Shown here one piece after another: positions 21,085-33,861 of a DNA stretch of 64,000 nt. The translations under genes and the position numbers were made by a program. Source of the DNA: Methanobacteriota archaeon (GTDB lineage: Archaea; JAADCQ01; Methanopyri; Methanopyrales; Methanopyraceae); NCBI GenBank assembly GCA_027064425.1, contig JAMOPO010000015.1, positions 256,001 through 320,000 of the forward strand, in the 5' to 3' direction. The first letter of the stretch is position 1. Every line of letters starts with the position of its first letter. The notes below the pieces were generated by a model. The model did no database searches and was not told the origin of the DNA. It was given only the letters and a program-made list of their open reading frames with translations.

Positions 21085-21972
21085 TCAATCGCCCCGCGTC
21101 TGCATCCGCTCCTCCTCCGGGATCTCGGAGATATCGATGCCCTGCATCGCGACCTCGTCGCCCAGGTTCTTCGAGACCTCCGCCACGACCTCCGGGTCGT
21201 CGTAGTAAGCCGTCGCCTCCACGATCGCCTCCGCCATCTCCTGCGGCCGGTCCGACTTGAAGATGCCCGAGCCCACGAAGATGCCGTCCGCGCCCAGCTG
21301 CATCATCAGCGCCGCGTCCGCCGGCGTCGCGATGCCGCCGGCCGCGAAGTTCACCACGGGCAGCCGGCCTAGGCTGGCCACCTCCGCGACCAGGTCGAAG
21401 GGCACGCCGTACTCCTTCGCCTTCTGGTACAGCTCCTCCTTGTCCAGCTTGGTCAGCTCCGAGATCTCCTGCCGCATGATGCGCATGTGCCGCACGGCCT
21501 CGGCGACGTTGCCCGTCCCCGCCTCACCCTTCGTCCGGATCATCGCGGCGCCCTCGGCGATCCGCCGCAGGGCCTCGCCCAGGTTCCGCGCGCCGCACAC
21601 GAACGGGACGTCGAACTCCCACTTGTTGATGTGTCGCTCCTCGTCCGCCGGGGTGAGCACCTCGGACTCGTCGATCATGTCCACGCCGATGGCCTCCAAC
21701 ACCTGCGCCTCCGCCACGTGGCCGATCCGGCACTTGGCCATCACGGGGATCGTGACGTGGTCCATGATCTCCTCGATTTTCGCCGGGTCGCACATTCGAG
21801 CCACTCCACCGGCCTTCCGGATGTCCGCGGGTACCTTCTCGAGCACCATGACCGCGACCGCACCGGCGTCCTCCGCGATCTGCGCTTGCTCAACGTTGGT
21901 CACGTCCATCACGACGCCGCCTTTCAGCATGCGCGCGAAGCCCGTCTTAACCCGCCAGGTGCCCGTCTTCAT
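21085..21972 (-). CDS. pdxS: Pyridoxal 5'-phosphate synthase lyase subunit
   Basis: [39 protein letters not shown]; start at ATG 21972. Confidence 0.96.
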   Translation of the reverse strand: MKTGTWRVKTGFARMLKGGVVMDVTNVEQAQIAEDAGAVAVMVLEKVPADIRKAGGVARMCDPAKIEEIMDHVTIPVMAKCRIGHVAEAQVLEAIGVDMIDESEVLTPADEERHINKWEFDVPFVCGARNLGEALRRIAEGAAMIRTKGEAGTGNVAEAVRHMRIMRQEISELTKLDKEELYQKAKEYGVPFDLVAEVASLGRLPVVNFAAGGIATPADAALMMQLGADGIFVGSGIFKSDRPQEMAEAIVEATAYYDDPEVVAEVSKNLGDEVAMQGIDISEIPEEERMQTRGD

Positions 21973-22129
21973 CGGTCGGTCCCCCGACGCCCACTCAGCC
22001 CAACCGGAACATGATATCATCTGTGAAACCCTTATCGGACGGATGGTGTGACCGAGTGAGTCGGCTGCACCAACTAGGGGCGCTAACGGGGGCGCGGTCG
22101 AGGGCACCACCGGCCGCGGGGCGGGTACC

Positions 22130-22882
22130 GTGGGCAAGGTGTACTTCGTGGGCGCGGGGCCGGGCGACCCCGAGCTGATGACGCTCAAGGGGCTGCGCGT
22201 TCTCCGCCGGGCGGACCTGGTGATCTACCCCGGCTCGCTGACCCCGCGGGAGGCCGTGGAGGAGTGGGCCCCCGACGCGGAGCTCGTGGACAGCTACGGC
22301 CGGTCGCTCGAGGAGCTGGTCGAGCTGATGGTCGAGGCGGCCCGGGAGGGCAAGACCGTGGTGCGGCTGGTCTCCGGCGATCCCTTCATCTACAGCTCCG
22401 TTTACGAGCAAGTTCGGGAGCTGGAGCGGGCGGGGGTGGAGTACGAGATCGTTCCCGGCGTGAGCTCGGTGAACGCCGCCGCGGCGGCCCTGGGCGAGGA
22501 GCTGACCAAGCCCGGCGTCAGCCAGACGGTCATTCTCACCCGACCGGCGGGCAGAACGGGGAAGCCGAAGGGCGAGTCTCTGCGCGAGCTCGCCCGGCAC
22601 GGCTGCACGATGGTCATCTTCCTGGGCGTCCGGTACCTGGAGGACATCGTGGAGTCGCTTCTCGAGGGTGGCTACTCCGAGGACACCCCGGTGGCCGTCG
22701 TGTACAAGGTGTCCACTCCGGAGGAAAAGATCGTGAGGGGAACGCTGGCGGACATCGTGGAGAAGGTTAAGGAGGAGGGGATCGATCGGACGGCGCTGAT
22801 CATCGTGGGCGACGTGCTTCGAGAGGAGGGTGAGCGCTCACACCTGTACTCGAAGGAGTACGCGAGGAGCGTGAGAAGATGA
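22130..22882 (+). CDS. cbiF: Cobalt-precorrin-4 C11-methyltransferase
   Basis: [34 protein letters not shown]. Confidence 0.92.
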   Translation: MGKVYFVGAGPGDPELMTLKGLRVLRRADLVIYPGSLTPREAVEEWAPDAELVDSYGRSLEELVELMVEAAREGKTVVRLVSGDPFIYSSVYEQVRELERAGVEYEIVPGVSSVNAAAAALGEELTKPGVSQTVILTRPAGRTGKPKGESLRELARHGCTMVIFLGVRYLEDIVESLLEGGYSEDTPVAVVYKVSTPEEKIVRGTLADIVEKVKEEGIDRTALIIVGDVLREEGERSHLYSKEYARSVRR

Positions 22883-23565
22883 GGGTGGGGTTCTCGCCCA
22901 AGCGTCGGCTGGAGCGGGCCGTGGTATACGACTTCCGCGGGCTGGGTGTCACGGATCGAGTCGTGGAGTTCTTCGAGCTGCTGGACGTGGACGTGGAGCT
23001 GCGGGACTCTTTCGGGTTCGACCGGGACGCGGACGCCCTCGTTTACGTCTCCTCCCCCGGGATCGCGGCGAGGGCGCTGGACCTCCGGAAGAAGGGCGAG
23101 GATCCGGTGGTGCTGTTGGTGGACCCTGACGGGGAGGTGATCTGCCTCTCGGGGCATCACTGGGGCGGGGAGGAGCTGGCGAGGGCTCTCGCGGGTTGGA
23201 TCGGTGGGTCTCTGGGCGGGTCTACGGTGGCGGAGGCGGAGGGGCGGCCCGCGGTGGAGGATGTGCTGGACGTGCTGGGCATCGACCCTGGTGAGCATCG
23301 GGAGCGGATGGTGGAGCTAGTCCGGGCGCTGGAGCGGGGCGGCGTGTGGGTGGAGGATCCACCGCACCCGGGCGTCCTCCGGTACCTGCGGGTGCTCGGC
23401 GCGAAGGCGGAAAGTCGGGAGGAGGCGGGTCTCATCGTCTCGGTCTCGAAGGGCGAGGTGCGGGTGCGGGGGTCGGAGCGTGGGGAAGGTGTACGTCGTG
23501 GGGACGGGTCCGGGCGATCCGGAGCTGATGACGGTGAGGGCGAGGAGGGTGCTGAAGAGCGTTGA
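22879..23565 (+). CDS. cbiG: CbiG-like cobalamin biosynthesis protein (N-terminal domain)
   Basis: GIAAR, DPVVLLVD and LSGHHWGG.ELA motifs; lies between cbiF and cbiH. Confidence 0.65.
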   Translation: MRVGFSPKRRLERAVVYDFRGLGVTDRVVEFFELLDVDVELRDSFGFDRDADALVYVSSPGIAARALDLRKKGEDPVVLLVDPDGEVICLSGHHWGGEELARALAGWIGGSLGGSTVAEAEGRPAVEDVLDVLGIDPGEHRERMVELVRALERGGVWVEDPPHPGVLRYLRVLGAKAESREEAGLIVSVSKGEVRVRGSERGEGVRRGDGSGRSGADDGEGEEGAEER

Positions 23566-24241
23566 CGTGGTGATCGGGTACCGAACCTACGTGCGCTACG
23601 TGCGGGAGGTGCTCCCGAGCGACGTGGAGGTTCGGGAGTACGGGATGCGGGAGGAGCGCGAGCGGGCCGTGGAGGCGGTGAAGCTGGCGTCGGAGGGTCG
23701 GAAGGTGGCGGTGGTTAGCGGTGGGGACCCGGGAGTCTACGGGATGGCGGGACTGGTGCTCTCGGTGGCGGAGCGCGAGGGCGTGGAGGTGGAGGTGATC
23801 CCGGGGGTCACGGCGGCCTGCGCGGCGGCGGCCCTGTTGGGCGCCCCGCTCATGCTGGACTTCGCGGTCGTGAGCCTCAGCGACCACCTGGTCCCGTTGG
23901 GAGAGATCCTGGAGCGGGTCCGGGCGGCGTTGGAGTCGGACTTCGTGCTGGTCGTGTACAACCCGAGCAGCTCGGAGCGTAGGCACGCGTTCCGGGCGTT
24001 CCTGGACGTGCTGGAGGAGTCGGTGGAGCCGGAGCGACCGGTGGGGATCGTCCGGGACGCCTACCGGGAGCGGCAGCGGGTGGTGGTGACGAGGGTGGGT
24101 GAGCTGCGCTCGCTGGAGGACCTGGTGGACATGCGCTCGATTATCATCGTTGGGAGCTCCAGGACGAAGGTGGTGGGGGACCGGCTGGTTACGGAGCGGG
24201 GCTACTCCTCGTCGCGTACCGGCCGGAACTCCAGCGAGTAG
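23480..24241 (+). CDS. cbiH: Cobalt-precorrin-3B C17-methyltransferase
   Basis: GTGPGD, SGGDPGVYGMAG, GAPLMLDFAVVSLSD, YNP.S. Confidence 0.92.
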   Translation: MGKVYVVGTGPGDPELMTVRARRVLKSVDVVIGYRTYVRYVREVLPSDVEVREYGMREERERAVEAVKLASEGRKVAVVSGGDPGVYGMAGLVLSVAEREGVEVEVIPGVTAACAAAALLGAPLMLDFAVVSLSDHLVPLGEILERVRAALESDFVLVVYNPSSSERRHAFRAFLDVLEESVEPERPVGIVRDAYRERQRVVVTRVGELRSLEDLVDMRSIIIVGSSRTKVVGDRLVTERGYSSSRTGRNSSE

Positions 24242-24609
24242 TAGATCACGCCGTCCTCACCGTCCTCGCTGACGCGCCGGAACACCGCCTCAACGGGCGT
24301 CCCGATGTCGATCTCTCCGGGGTCGCAGTCCACGATCATCCCGGTGACCAGGGGCCCTTCCTCCAGCTTGACGATGGCAACCACGTAGGGCGCCTTCTCC
24401 TCGAAGCCCTCGGGTGGCACGCGGACGACGGAGTAGGTGTAGATCTCGCCCCGGCCGGAGAGCTCGACCTCCTCCATCTCACCTTTCCGGCGGCACTTCG
24501 GGCAGACGACGCGCGGCGGGAAGTAGATCTCACCGCAGTTCTTGCATCGGGTCCCCACGAGCCGGTACCGGTTGTCGATGCTCCGCCAGAAGCGTGGTAC
24601 GCCGCTCAC
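24202..24609 (-). CDS. DUF35 Zn-ribbon/OB-fold scaffold protein of the thiolase-HMGCS complex
   Basis: CKNCG..FPPR..CPKC plus OB fold; downstream of thiolase. Confidence 0.88.
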   Translation of the reverse strand: MSGVPRFWRSIDNRYRLVGTRCKNCGEIYFPPRVVCPKCRRKGEMEEVELSGRGEIYTYSVVRVPPEGFEEKAPYVVAIVKLEEGPLVTGMIVDCDPGEIDIGTPVEAVFRRVSEDGEDGVIYYSLEFRPVRDEE

Positions 24610-24612
24610 GGG

Positions 24613-26855
<2,243 letters not shown>

Positions 26856-26865
26856 CCCGCGGCGC

Positions 26866-27573
26866 TCAGCGCGCTTCGGTGAGCTCCTTAAGCTTTTTCG
26901 AGATCTCCGAAATCGGGCCGCGGACGGTGGCCAGGTTGATCATTTCACGCTCCGCGATCTTAATCCCCAGCTCATCCACGTCGTCCTTGTCGATACCATG
27001 TAGCACGACCGCGCTCGGCTTTATACCCGCCGCCTTTATAGCCACCATCGGCGAGCGCCCCCGGTCGATGCGCGTGAACACGAGCAGCCGGTTGGGACAC
27101 TCCCCGTACACCCTGACGAGCGAGCTCGCGGGCACCTCCAGGATCGTTTTCACGCTGTCGATGATCGTGTACCCGAAGACGTCCACGTCCCCGTGATGGA
27201 CCACCGGCTCCGCTCCGATCCGTTCGTAGACCTCCTCCAGCTTCCTAGGGTACGGGAACTCACCGATTCCGACCAGCGTGGAGAGCACCTCCTCCGGCAG
27301 CAGCGCGTTCTCTAGGGCGGAAAGCACCCGGCCGCCCCGCTCCTCGTCGATCTTAATCAGCGCCTCCACGAACTTCCGGACCGTGTCCACGCGGGGAGAC
27401 TTCGTCTTGCCCGTCTCGTACTCGCTGATGACCGAGGGAGAGACGCCCATCTTCCTCGCCACCTCGACCTGAGACACGTGGAAGATTTTACGCCACTTCT
27501 TCATGACCTCGCCCGGGTGCTCGGAGGCCGCGATGTCACCCACGATCCGCTTCAGCACCAGCTCCTTGGGCAA
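26866..27573 (-). CDS. XRE-family HTH transcriptional regulator preceding the HMGCS operon
   Basis: [33 protein letters not shown]. Confidence 0.88.
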   Translation of the reverse strand: MPKELVLKRIVGDIAASEHPGEVMKKWRKIFHVSQVEVARKMGVSPSVISEYETGKTKSPRVDTVRKFVEALIKIDEERGGRVLSALENALLPEEVLSTLVGIGEFPYPRKLEEVYERIGAEPVVHHGDVDVFGYTIIDSVKTILEVPASSLVRVYGECPNRLLVFTRIDRGRSPMVAIKAAGIKPSAVVLHGIDKDDVDELGIKIAEREMINLATVRGPISEISKKLKELTEAR

Positions 27574-27600
27574 GTCGACGCACCTCCCCGGGTGGTCCGG

Positions 27601-29274
27601 ATGACCGACGGAGGACTCACGCTCCTGCTATTATTGCTCCTAACCCTCCGGCGGAAGCGCGGTCGGGACGGGAAGAAGAGGGTGAGCGTCGTCATCCCCG
27701 CGTACAACGAGGAGGAGACCGTGGGGAAGGTCGTCAAAGCCGCCAGGCGGGTCCCGCTCGTCGATGAGGTGATCGTCGTCGATGACGGCAGCGAGGACCG
27801 CACGGCCGAGCGCGCTCGCGAGGCCGGGGCTAAGGTCGTCTCCCACCCGGAGAACCGCGGTAAGGGGGAGGCCATGAAAACAGGGCTTGAGCGCTCCTCG
27901 GGCGACGTCATCGCCTTCGTCGACGCGGACATCAAGAACATCCGCCCGGAGATGATCGAGAAGATGATCAGGCCGGTCCTCCGGGACGAGGCGGACCTGG
28001 TCAAGACCAAGTTCAAGCGCAAGGCCGGCCGCGTGACCCTCCTCACCGCCAAGCCCCTGCTCCGGTTCTTCTTCCCGGAGGTGTCCGAGCTGGAGCAGCC
28101 CCTGAGCGGGCAGATCTGCGCGAAGCGGGAGCTACTGGAGCGCGTCGAGTTCGAGCCCGACTACGGCGTTGACATCGGGATCATCCTCGACGCCGTCGCG
28201 CTCGGGGCCCGGATCAAGGAGGTGGACATCGGCGAGATCAAGCACGAGATGCAGCCCCTGGAGCGCCTCCACCGGATGGCCCTCCAGGTCGTTCGCACGA
28301 TCCTGGACCGCGCGCACCGCTACGGGCGGATCGTCCTCCGGTGGAACGTCGGCAAGGCGCTGAACCGGGTCAACCTGGGCCTCTCGCTGGTCGCCCTAGG
28401 GCTCGCCGCCCTCTTCTACACGGACCTCCCGATCCCCATGGTCCTAGGACTCACGGCCCTAGGCCTGGCCCTGGCGCTCATCTCGCTGACCGACCTGGTT
28501 CGGGAGCTCCTCGGGATCCGGCGGCGCAGGCGCGCGCTGCGCCCTTTCCTGCACATGCACGCCTCCGTGATCATGTCCCTCGCCGTGGTCGCCGTGCTCG
28601 TCGGCGCCATGTTGTCCTCCATCCAGGTCACCGGAAGTAAGATCGAGGTGAACCCGCTCCCGCGCAAGGTGATCTGGGGCCAGCAGGAGGTCAAGACCGA
28701 GGGCCCGTACCTCGTTCGGTACGGCGGAGGCAACACCGTGCTCCTCGGCGACAGCGTCCTCCACGTCCTCGACCTGCAGCCCGGCGATCGGATCGTCTAC
28801 CAGCGGTCCGAGTTCACCGTCAAGCGCGCCTCTCGAGACAACCTGGTCGTGATCCCGCAGGGCCTGGCGAGGCAGCTGGGGCTCAAGCAGGGTAAGGCCA
28901 CGGACTCGGAGCTCCGGCTGGCCTTCCGCAACCTGACCGTGAACCGGGAGCTCAAGGCGCAGGACGTCACCGTGAGGATCACCGCGGTCCTCTCGGCCAC
29001 CGCCAACCCGGCCAAGGCACTCGTCGTGAGCGTCGACGGGCGCACCGAGGTCCGCGTGCCGGTCGCCTTACGCGACAACCGACTGTACGTTTACGTACCC
29101 GGGTACGGCCTCATCGAGCTACAGCGCGAGCGCGTTCTGTACCTGGCCGGCCACCAGATCACGCTGAAGCTGGAGGACGCCGGCGCGGAGACGCTGCTGC
29201 TCTCACCACCCGAGCCCACCCCGTTCGCCATCATCGAGCTCAAGACACCCGCCGCGCGGGCTGTGGTCGGATGA
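27601..29274 (+). CDS. GT2 glycosyltransferase (glucosyl-3-phosphoglycerate synthase-like) with TM helices and a C-terminal extracytoplasmic domain
   Basis: VIPAYNEE, VDDGS.D, GKGEAM, DAD, QPLSGQ, YGVDIG. Confidence 0.85.
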   Translation: MTDGGLTLLLLLLLTLRRKRGRDGKKRVSVVIPAYNEEETVGKVVKAARRVPLVDEVIVVDDGSEDRTAERAREAGAKVVSHPENRGKGEAMKTGLERSSGDVIAFVDADIKNIRPEMIEKMIRPVLRDEADLVKTKFKRKAGRVTLLTAKPLLRFFFPEVSELEQPLSGQICAKRELLERVEFEPDYGVDIGIILDAVALGARIKEVDIGEIKHEMQPLERLHRMALQVVRTILDRAHRYGRIVLRWNVGKALNRVNLGLSLVALGLAALFYTDLPIPMVLGLTALGLALALISLTDLVRELLGIRRRRRALRPFLHMHASVIMSLAVVAVLVGAMLSSIQVTGSKIEVNPLPRKVIWGQQEVKTEGPYLVRYGGGNTVLLGDSVLHVLDLQPGDRIVYQRSEFTVKRASRDNLVVIPQGLARQLGLKQGKATDSELRLAFRNLTVNRELKAQDVTVRITAVLSATANPAKALVVSVDGRTEVRVPVALRDNRLYVYVPGYGLIELQRERVLYLAGHQITLKLEDAGAETLLLSPPEPTPFAIIELKTPAARAVVG

Positions 29275-30821
29275 TCAGGGAGCTGTCCACGCTCTCTCCG
29301 GATCCCAACGCCGAAGCCCGCGTCTGCGTCCTGTACCCCAACGAGTACCGTGGAATGGCCTCGAACCTCGGGATCCACATCGTCTGCCGCCTGCTCCGCG
29401 ACGAGCCGGGGATCTCCGTCGAGCGCTCGTACCTCCCGACCGACGCGTATGAGGACCTTGGTCCCGAGCGCAGGCTGGTCTCGCTGGAGACCGGGACCGA
29501 GCTATCGAGGTTCGACGTGGTCTGCGTCTCCCTGCAGTTCGAGCTCGATTACCCGCACATCCTTGAGGCGTTGATCATGGGCGGAGTGCCGCCGTCCCGA
29601 GAGGAGCGTGGTGACGACCACCCCCTGATCATCGCCGGAGGACCCTGCACCGTGAACCCCCTGCCGATGGAACCTTACGTCGACGCGTTCTACGTGGGAG
29701 AGGCCGAGGCCACGTTCATCGAGGGCATCCGGCGGGTTCTGGAGGCCGAGTCCCGGCGCGAGGCGCTCGAGGAGCTGGCCGACGTGCCGGGGTTCTACGT
29801 TCCCGAGCACCCGGAGGAGACGGAGCGGGTCGCGCCCCGATCACTCGAGGACACCGACCCTCCCCTCATCGTGTTCGCCCCCGAATCGCCCGATCTGAGC
29901 GGGCTCCGCGCGTACCCGGTCGAGCTCAGCCGGGGCTGCCCGCACGCCTGCAGCTTCTGCTTAGGAGGCCACACCACCGGGGACTGGCGGTGCAGGCCAC
30001 TGGACCACCTGGACCGAATCCTACGTCACGCCGAGCGCTCCCCGTACGACCGCGCGGCCTTAATCTCGGCCACGCCCACCGCCCACCCGGACTTCGAGGA
30101 GGTCGTGGAGCTGTGCTCCGAGCTGGGCCTCGAGCTGTCTCTCCCGTCGCTGCGCGTGGACGATCTCGACCCCGACCTGCTACCGCGACTTCGAGAGGCC
30201 GGGGTCAGGACGCTCACACTGGCCCCGGAGTCGGGCTCCGAGGAGATCAGGGAGTTCCTCAACAAGCCAATCGACGAGGACCACCTGCTGGAGCTCGTGG
30301 AGACCGCGGGACGGCTGGGGATGCGCGTGCGGCTATACCTGATCGTTGGGGTTCCCGGGTTCTCGGTGGAGGAGGACGCGCTCAAGTCCGCCCAACTTGT
30401 CCGGGAGTGCGCGGAGCGGGCGGAGGTTAGCGTCAGCGTCAACCCGCTGATCCCCAAGGCGTTCACGCCGCTTCAGTACCTTCCGATGCTCCCGATCGAC
30501 GAGATCCGAAGGCGCTACCGAACGTTCTCGCGGGAGGTAAACGTGGAGGTCTCCACGGAACGACCCGAGCTCGCCCACGCCCAGTCCCTCCTCTCGCGGG
30601 GGGACAGGGACGTCGCCCCGGCGCTAGAGCGCGTGCTCTGGCGGGCCCGTAGCCCCCGAGCCTGGGCAAAGGTCCTGGAGTCCATGGAGCCGAGGATCGG
30701 GCCGGAGAGCCCCCCGGAGGGGCCGGAGGAGGTGCCGTATGACTTCATCCGTGTGGGGCCGAGCCACGAGCGACTGCACGCCGCGTACTCCCGGCTAGCC
30801 GGACTCAGTGCGCCCCAATGA
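29271..30821 (+). CDS. Radical SAM protein
   Basis: SRGCPHACSFC (CxxxCxxC), SLPSLR.D, TLAPE.G. Confidence 0.88.
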   Translation: MIRELSTLSPDPNAEARVCVLYPNEYRGMASNLGIHIVCRLLRDEPGISVERSYLPTDAYEDLGPERRLVSLETGTELSRFDVVCVSLQFELDYPHILEALIMGGVPPSREERGDDHPLIIAGGPCTVNPLPMEPYVDAFYVGEAEATFIEGIRRVLEAESRREALEELADVPGFYVPEHPEETERVAPRSLEDTDPPLIVFAPESPDLSGLRAYPVELSRGCPHACSFCLGGHTTGDWRCRPLDHLDRILRHAERSPYDRAALISATPTAHPDFEEVVELCSELGLELSLPSLRVDDLDPDLLPRLREAGVRTLTLAPESGSEEIREFLNKPIDEDHLLELVETAGRLGMRVRLYLIVGVPGFSVEEDALKSAQLVRECAERAEVSVSVNPLIPKAFTPLQYLPMLPIDEIRRRYRTFSREVNVEVSTERPELAHAQSLLSRGDRDVAPALERVLWRARSPRAWAKVLESMEPRIGPESPPEGPEEVPYDFIRVGPSHERLHAAYSRLAGLSAPQ

Positions 30822-31383
30822 GGTTGGTAATTAGGCCCACGAACCCGCCAATTCCGGCCGCCTCCAGCCCGCGGAAAACCAGCCGTTTACCCCTGTCCTC
30901 GCAGAGCTTACCCAGGTACAGGCCTAGCAAAAACAGGGTCAGTCCGGAGACGATCACGCACGGTACGAGGCCGGTCCGAGGGTCCCCAACCGCGACCACG
31001 GTCAGGATGGGAACCATCGAGGCCGCGAAGCTGGATCCACCGTGCGAGACCACGCTGGTGTAGATCCTGATCTTGGCCATGTCGTGCACCCGAGTGTGCT
31101 CCAAGCCGCCCCGCTCCATGACCATGCGCCGCTCCAGCTCCCGCATCTCTCGCAATTCCTCGATCTTCTCCCCCAAGTAGGAGCCGAACCCGTTGGACAG
31201 CGCCAGGGCGACGGCCACGCTCAGTCCCGAGGCGACGGCATCGTGCAGCGTGCCGCCGCGGGAAGCCACGCTGAGCACGGCACCCATGCTGGCCAGGATG
31301 CCGTCCATGGAGCCCAGGGCCATGTATCGACCCGTGCGCAGGGCGCTCCGCAGCACCTCCTTGATCAGCTCGCGGCGTTTCAA
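30805..31383 (-). CDS. VIT1/CCC1-like membrane protein
   Basis: LGSMDGIL, ALSNGFGSYLGE; several TM helices. Confidence 0.8.
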   Translation of the reverse strand: MKRRELIKEVLRSALRTGRYMALGSMDGILASMGAVLSVASRGGTLHDAVASGLSVAVALALSNGFGSYLGEKIEELREMRELERRMVMERGGLEHTRVHDMAKIRIYTSVVSHGGSSFAASMVPILTVVAVGDPRTGLVPCVIVSGLTLFLLGLYLGKLCEDRGKRLVFRGLEAAGIGGFVGLITNLIGAH

Positions 31384-31395
31384 GCCGCACCACCG

Positions 31396-31686
31396 TTAAT
31401 CATCCTGCGGAGTCTTCACCTCCTCCACGATCCTGGAACCGGCCACCACCTCATCGATGCTGTGAACGACACCACCCATGTCCTCGATCACGTCCTTGAT
31501 TTTCTCGAAGTCCAGGTCCGTACCCTCCACGGTAACCTTTACGTTCTCAACGTCCCGATCCACCTCCACCAGCACGACGTTCACGCCATCCACGCCGTCC
31601 AGCTCCGCGAGCGAGCGGGCCAGCTCCGTCGTGTCCGGCTCGAGCGGCTTCATCACGTCCAGCACCAGTCGCCGGATTTTACTCAA
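31396..31686 (-). CDS. DUF211 family protein
   Basis: IRRLVLDVMKP...GGVVHSIDEV; TTG start at 31686. Confidence 0.85.
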   Translation of the reverse strand: MSKIRRLVLDVMKPLEPDTTELARSLAELDGVDGVNVVLVEVDRDVENVKVTVEGTDLDFEKIKDVIEDMGGVVHSIDEVVAGSRIVEEVKTPQDD

Positions 31687-31714
31687 CTCCCTCCACTCCC
31701 CCGGGGGAATCAGG

Positions 31715-32764
31715 TTGACCACCTGGCACCCCAGGCCCGGACCGATCCCAGCCGCGATGTACACCCTCCGCGATCTCCTCGCCGATGCCATTATCATCCA
31801 CGGTCCAAAAGGGTGTTGCTTCCGCACCGCGCGCCTGCTGGAGAAGGACGGGGTTCGAGTCCTGGTTACGGGCATGGAGGAGGATGACTTCGTCTTCGGC
31901 GCGCACGAGAAGCTCGTCCGAGCGCTCGAGTACGCGGAGGAGCGGCTGGAACCCGAGCTCCTGGGCGTGGTGGGCACCTGCGTCTCCTCCATCATCGGGG
32001 AGGACCTGGAGGCGGCCGTGGAGGAGGCCGACCCGGACGCGACGGTGGTCACCGTGGACGTACATAATGGTATGGGCCCGAACACGGAGGGAGTAATCCG
32101 CACCCTCGAGCGCGCCGCGGAGGCGGGGGTCATACCGGAGCGGGAGGTCGAGCGACAGCGCCGCCTGATGCGCGCCGCCGCCGAGCTAGAGCGAGAGAGG
32201 GGGATGGCCAGCCGGAAGTACCTCAGACCGTGGTCCGGGCACGATCCGGAACGCGTGGCGCGAGTTCTCCTGGACTCGGAGGACGTGCTGGCCGTGCTCA
32301 ACGCGAAGAAGGAGACGGCCTACCTGTTCGCGGACCCCGTCCTGGAGCTCGGCCGGCTCGGCGCTCACGTGCTCGCCAACCTCTCAGAGAGGAGCGGCCT
32401 CCCCAAGGTCCGCCGTGACGCGAGGACGATCGCGGAGATCTTCCGGGAGAAAGGGGTGGAGTTCGAGGTCACCGGAGCCCTCGACGAGTACGCGGTCACC
32501 GGCGACCTCCTGGCTGAACGGATCGAGGAGCTTGATCCGGAGACCGTGCTCATCGCCGGGATCCCGCACGCCGTATCACCGGACGACCTCGACGTTGACG
32601 CCACCTTCGTGGCCGTCACGGACGGGCTCCGGGAGGCGACCGCGCTGCGCCGGCTGGGCTACGATTACGTCGTGGTGGAGGAGGACGCTCACGCTCGGGT
32701 TCTAGGGCGCCGGGAGATCGTTCCGTCCCGGCTGGGAGACGCGCTTCGTCAGGCTACGGCGTAG
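31715..32764 (+). CDS. cfbD: Ni-sirohydrochlorin a,c-diamide reductive cyclase catalytic subunit (coenzyme F430 synthesis)
   Basis: HPRPGPIPAAMYTLRDL, HGPKGCCF, GTCVSSIIGED, NAKKE. Confidence 0.92.
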   Translation: MTTWHPRPGPIPAAMYTLRDLLADAIIIHGPKGCCFRTARLLEKDGVRVLVTGMEEDDFVFGAHEKLVRALEYAEERLEPELLGVVGTCVSSIIGEDLEAAVEEADPDATVVTVDVHNGMGPNTEGVIRTLERAAEAGVIPEREVERQRRLMRAAAELERERGMASRKYLRPWSGHDPERVARVLLDSEDVLAVLNAKKETAYLFADPVLELGRLGAHVLANLSERSGLPKVRRDARTIAEIFREKGVEFEVTGALDEYAVTGDLLAERIEELDPETVLIAGIPHAVSPDDLDVDATFVAVTDGLREATALRRLGYDYVVVEEDAHARVLGRREIVPSRLGDALRQATA

Positions 32765-33663
32765 TGCGCGAGCGTTCCGAGGGCCAGGCAGGCGGACTGG
32801 ACCACCACGTACGCTCGGACTCCGCCCCCGGCCATACGCAGGGCGATCAAGTTCGCGATCGAGGCCAGCGGCGTCCCGAACCCACCCACCGTGACCCCGT
32901 GCAGGAGGTCTCGCCAGTCGCTGGTCCCCGGGGCCAGCACCACGGTGGCCGGGACGTTGCTGATAACCTGAGACATGAGAAGAGCACCTAAGAAGGGATC
33001 CGAAATTCGGGGATGCCAACCCAGTTCCCGGAGCCCGTGCGGGAGCAAGATCGCGGCCGTGAGCAGCACCGCGATGACCCAGTCCACCTCGCGGACCGCC
33101 CGAGGGCGGAGCGCGGCGTAGCCCGCCAGGAGGGGTGGGAACCGCCAGTACAGCGGCACGTGCATGAGCAGGCAGGCGGCCGCCATCACCATGGCCGCAA
33201 GCTCCGGGAGCTTGGGGTTGGGTCCTGATGTGGGGGTGGGGGACTCCGCCCGGAGGAGCGCGTACACGAGGCCCGGAACCATGAGGGCTAGAGCGACCGG
33301 CAGCTGCGTTGCCACGAACTCCCGCGCGTCCACCCGGTAGTGAGCGTAGATGATCGCGTTCTGCGGGTTCCCCAGCGGCGTGATGGCCCCTAGCGAGTTC
33401 GCGGCGACAAGGGCGGGGAGCAGGACGTGGTGCGGTCGTCGGACTCCGTGAGTTACCAGTGATCCGATCGCGATCAGCGCAGCATCGTTGGTGAGGACGG
33501 TGGACAGAAGGCCGGTCGCTAGGGTCACCCGGACCGGGCCCGGGCACCGCCCGAGGAGGACCTGACGCACCCTGTGTATGGCCCCGGTCCGCGTGAGCTC
33601 CGCGGTCACGGCGGACTGGATGATCACGAATCCCGCCGCGTTGAGGTCCACCCATACCGACAC
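32749..33663 (-). CDS. ArsB/NhaD/SLC13-like ion transporter
   Basis: LTNDAAL, TPLGNPQN, SQVISNVPA, TPLASIANLI. Confidence 0.8.
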   Translation of the reverse strand: MSVWVDLNAAGFVIIQSAVTAELTRTGAIHRVRQVLLGRCPGPVRVTLATGLLSTVLTNDAALIAIGSLVTHGVRRPHHVLLPALVAANSLGAITPLGNPQNAIIYAHYRVDAREFVATQLPVALALMVPGLVYALLRAESPTPTSGPNPKLPELAAMVMAAACLLMHVPLYWRFPPLLAGYAALRPRAVREVDWVIAVLLTAAILLPHGLRELGWHPRISDPFLGALLMSQVISNVPATVVLAPGTSDWRDLLHGVTVGGFGTPLASIANLIALRMAGGGVRAYVVVQSACLALGTLAHYAVA

Positions 33664-33680
33664 GGCCGGCCCACCCCTAC

Positions 33681-33696
33681 CGAAAGATTTAATAAC
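33681..33696 (+). promoter_or_regulatory. BRE-TATA promoter of tRNA-Glu
   Basis: CGAAAGATTTAATAAC about 30 nt upstream of the mature 5' end. Confidence 0.75.
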
Positions 33697-33726
33697 TGGT
33701 GGTCAACGGTGCGGGCACGGGTGGGA

Positions 33727-33861
33727 GCCCCGGCGGTGTAGCCCGGTCAAGGGCCCGCGGGTGACCGCGGGCCCGCCGATATCATGCGGGACTTTCGAGG
33801 CCCGCGTCCCGCGGGCCGAGGATATCCCGCGACCCGGGTTCAAATCCCGGCCGGGGCACCA
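33727..33861 (+). tRNA. tRNA-Glu(TTC) with two BHB introns (33750-33780 in the D-loop; 33798-33823 at 37/38), C8, encoded CCA
   Basis: Acceptor GCCCCGG/CCGGGGC, GGTTCAAATCC T-loop, CT-TTC-G anticodon; both inserts are GC hairpins bounded by 3-nt bulges (CAA/ATA, CGA/ATA). Confidence 0.95.
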
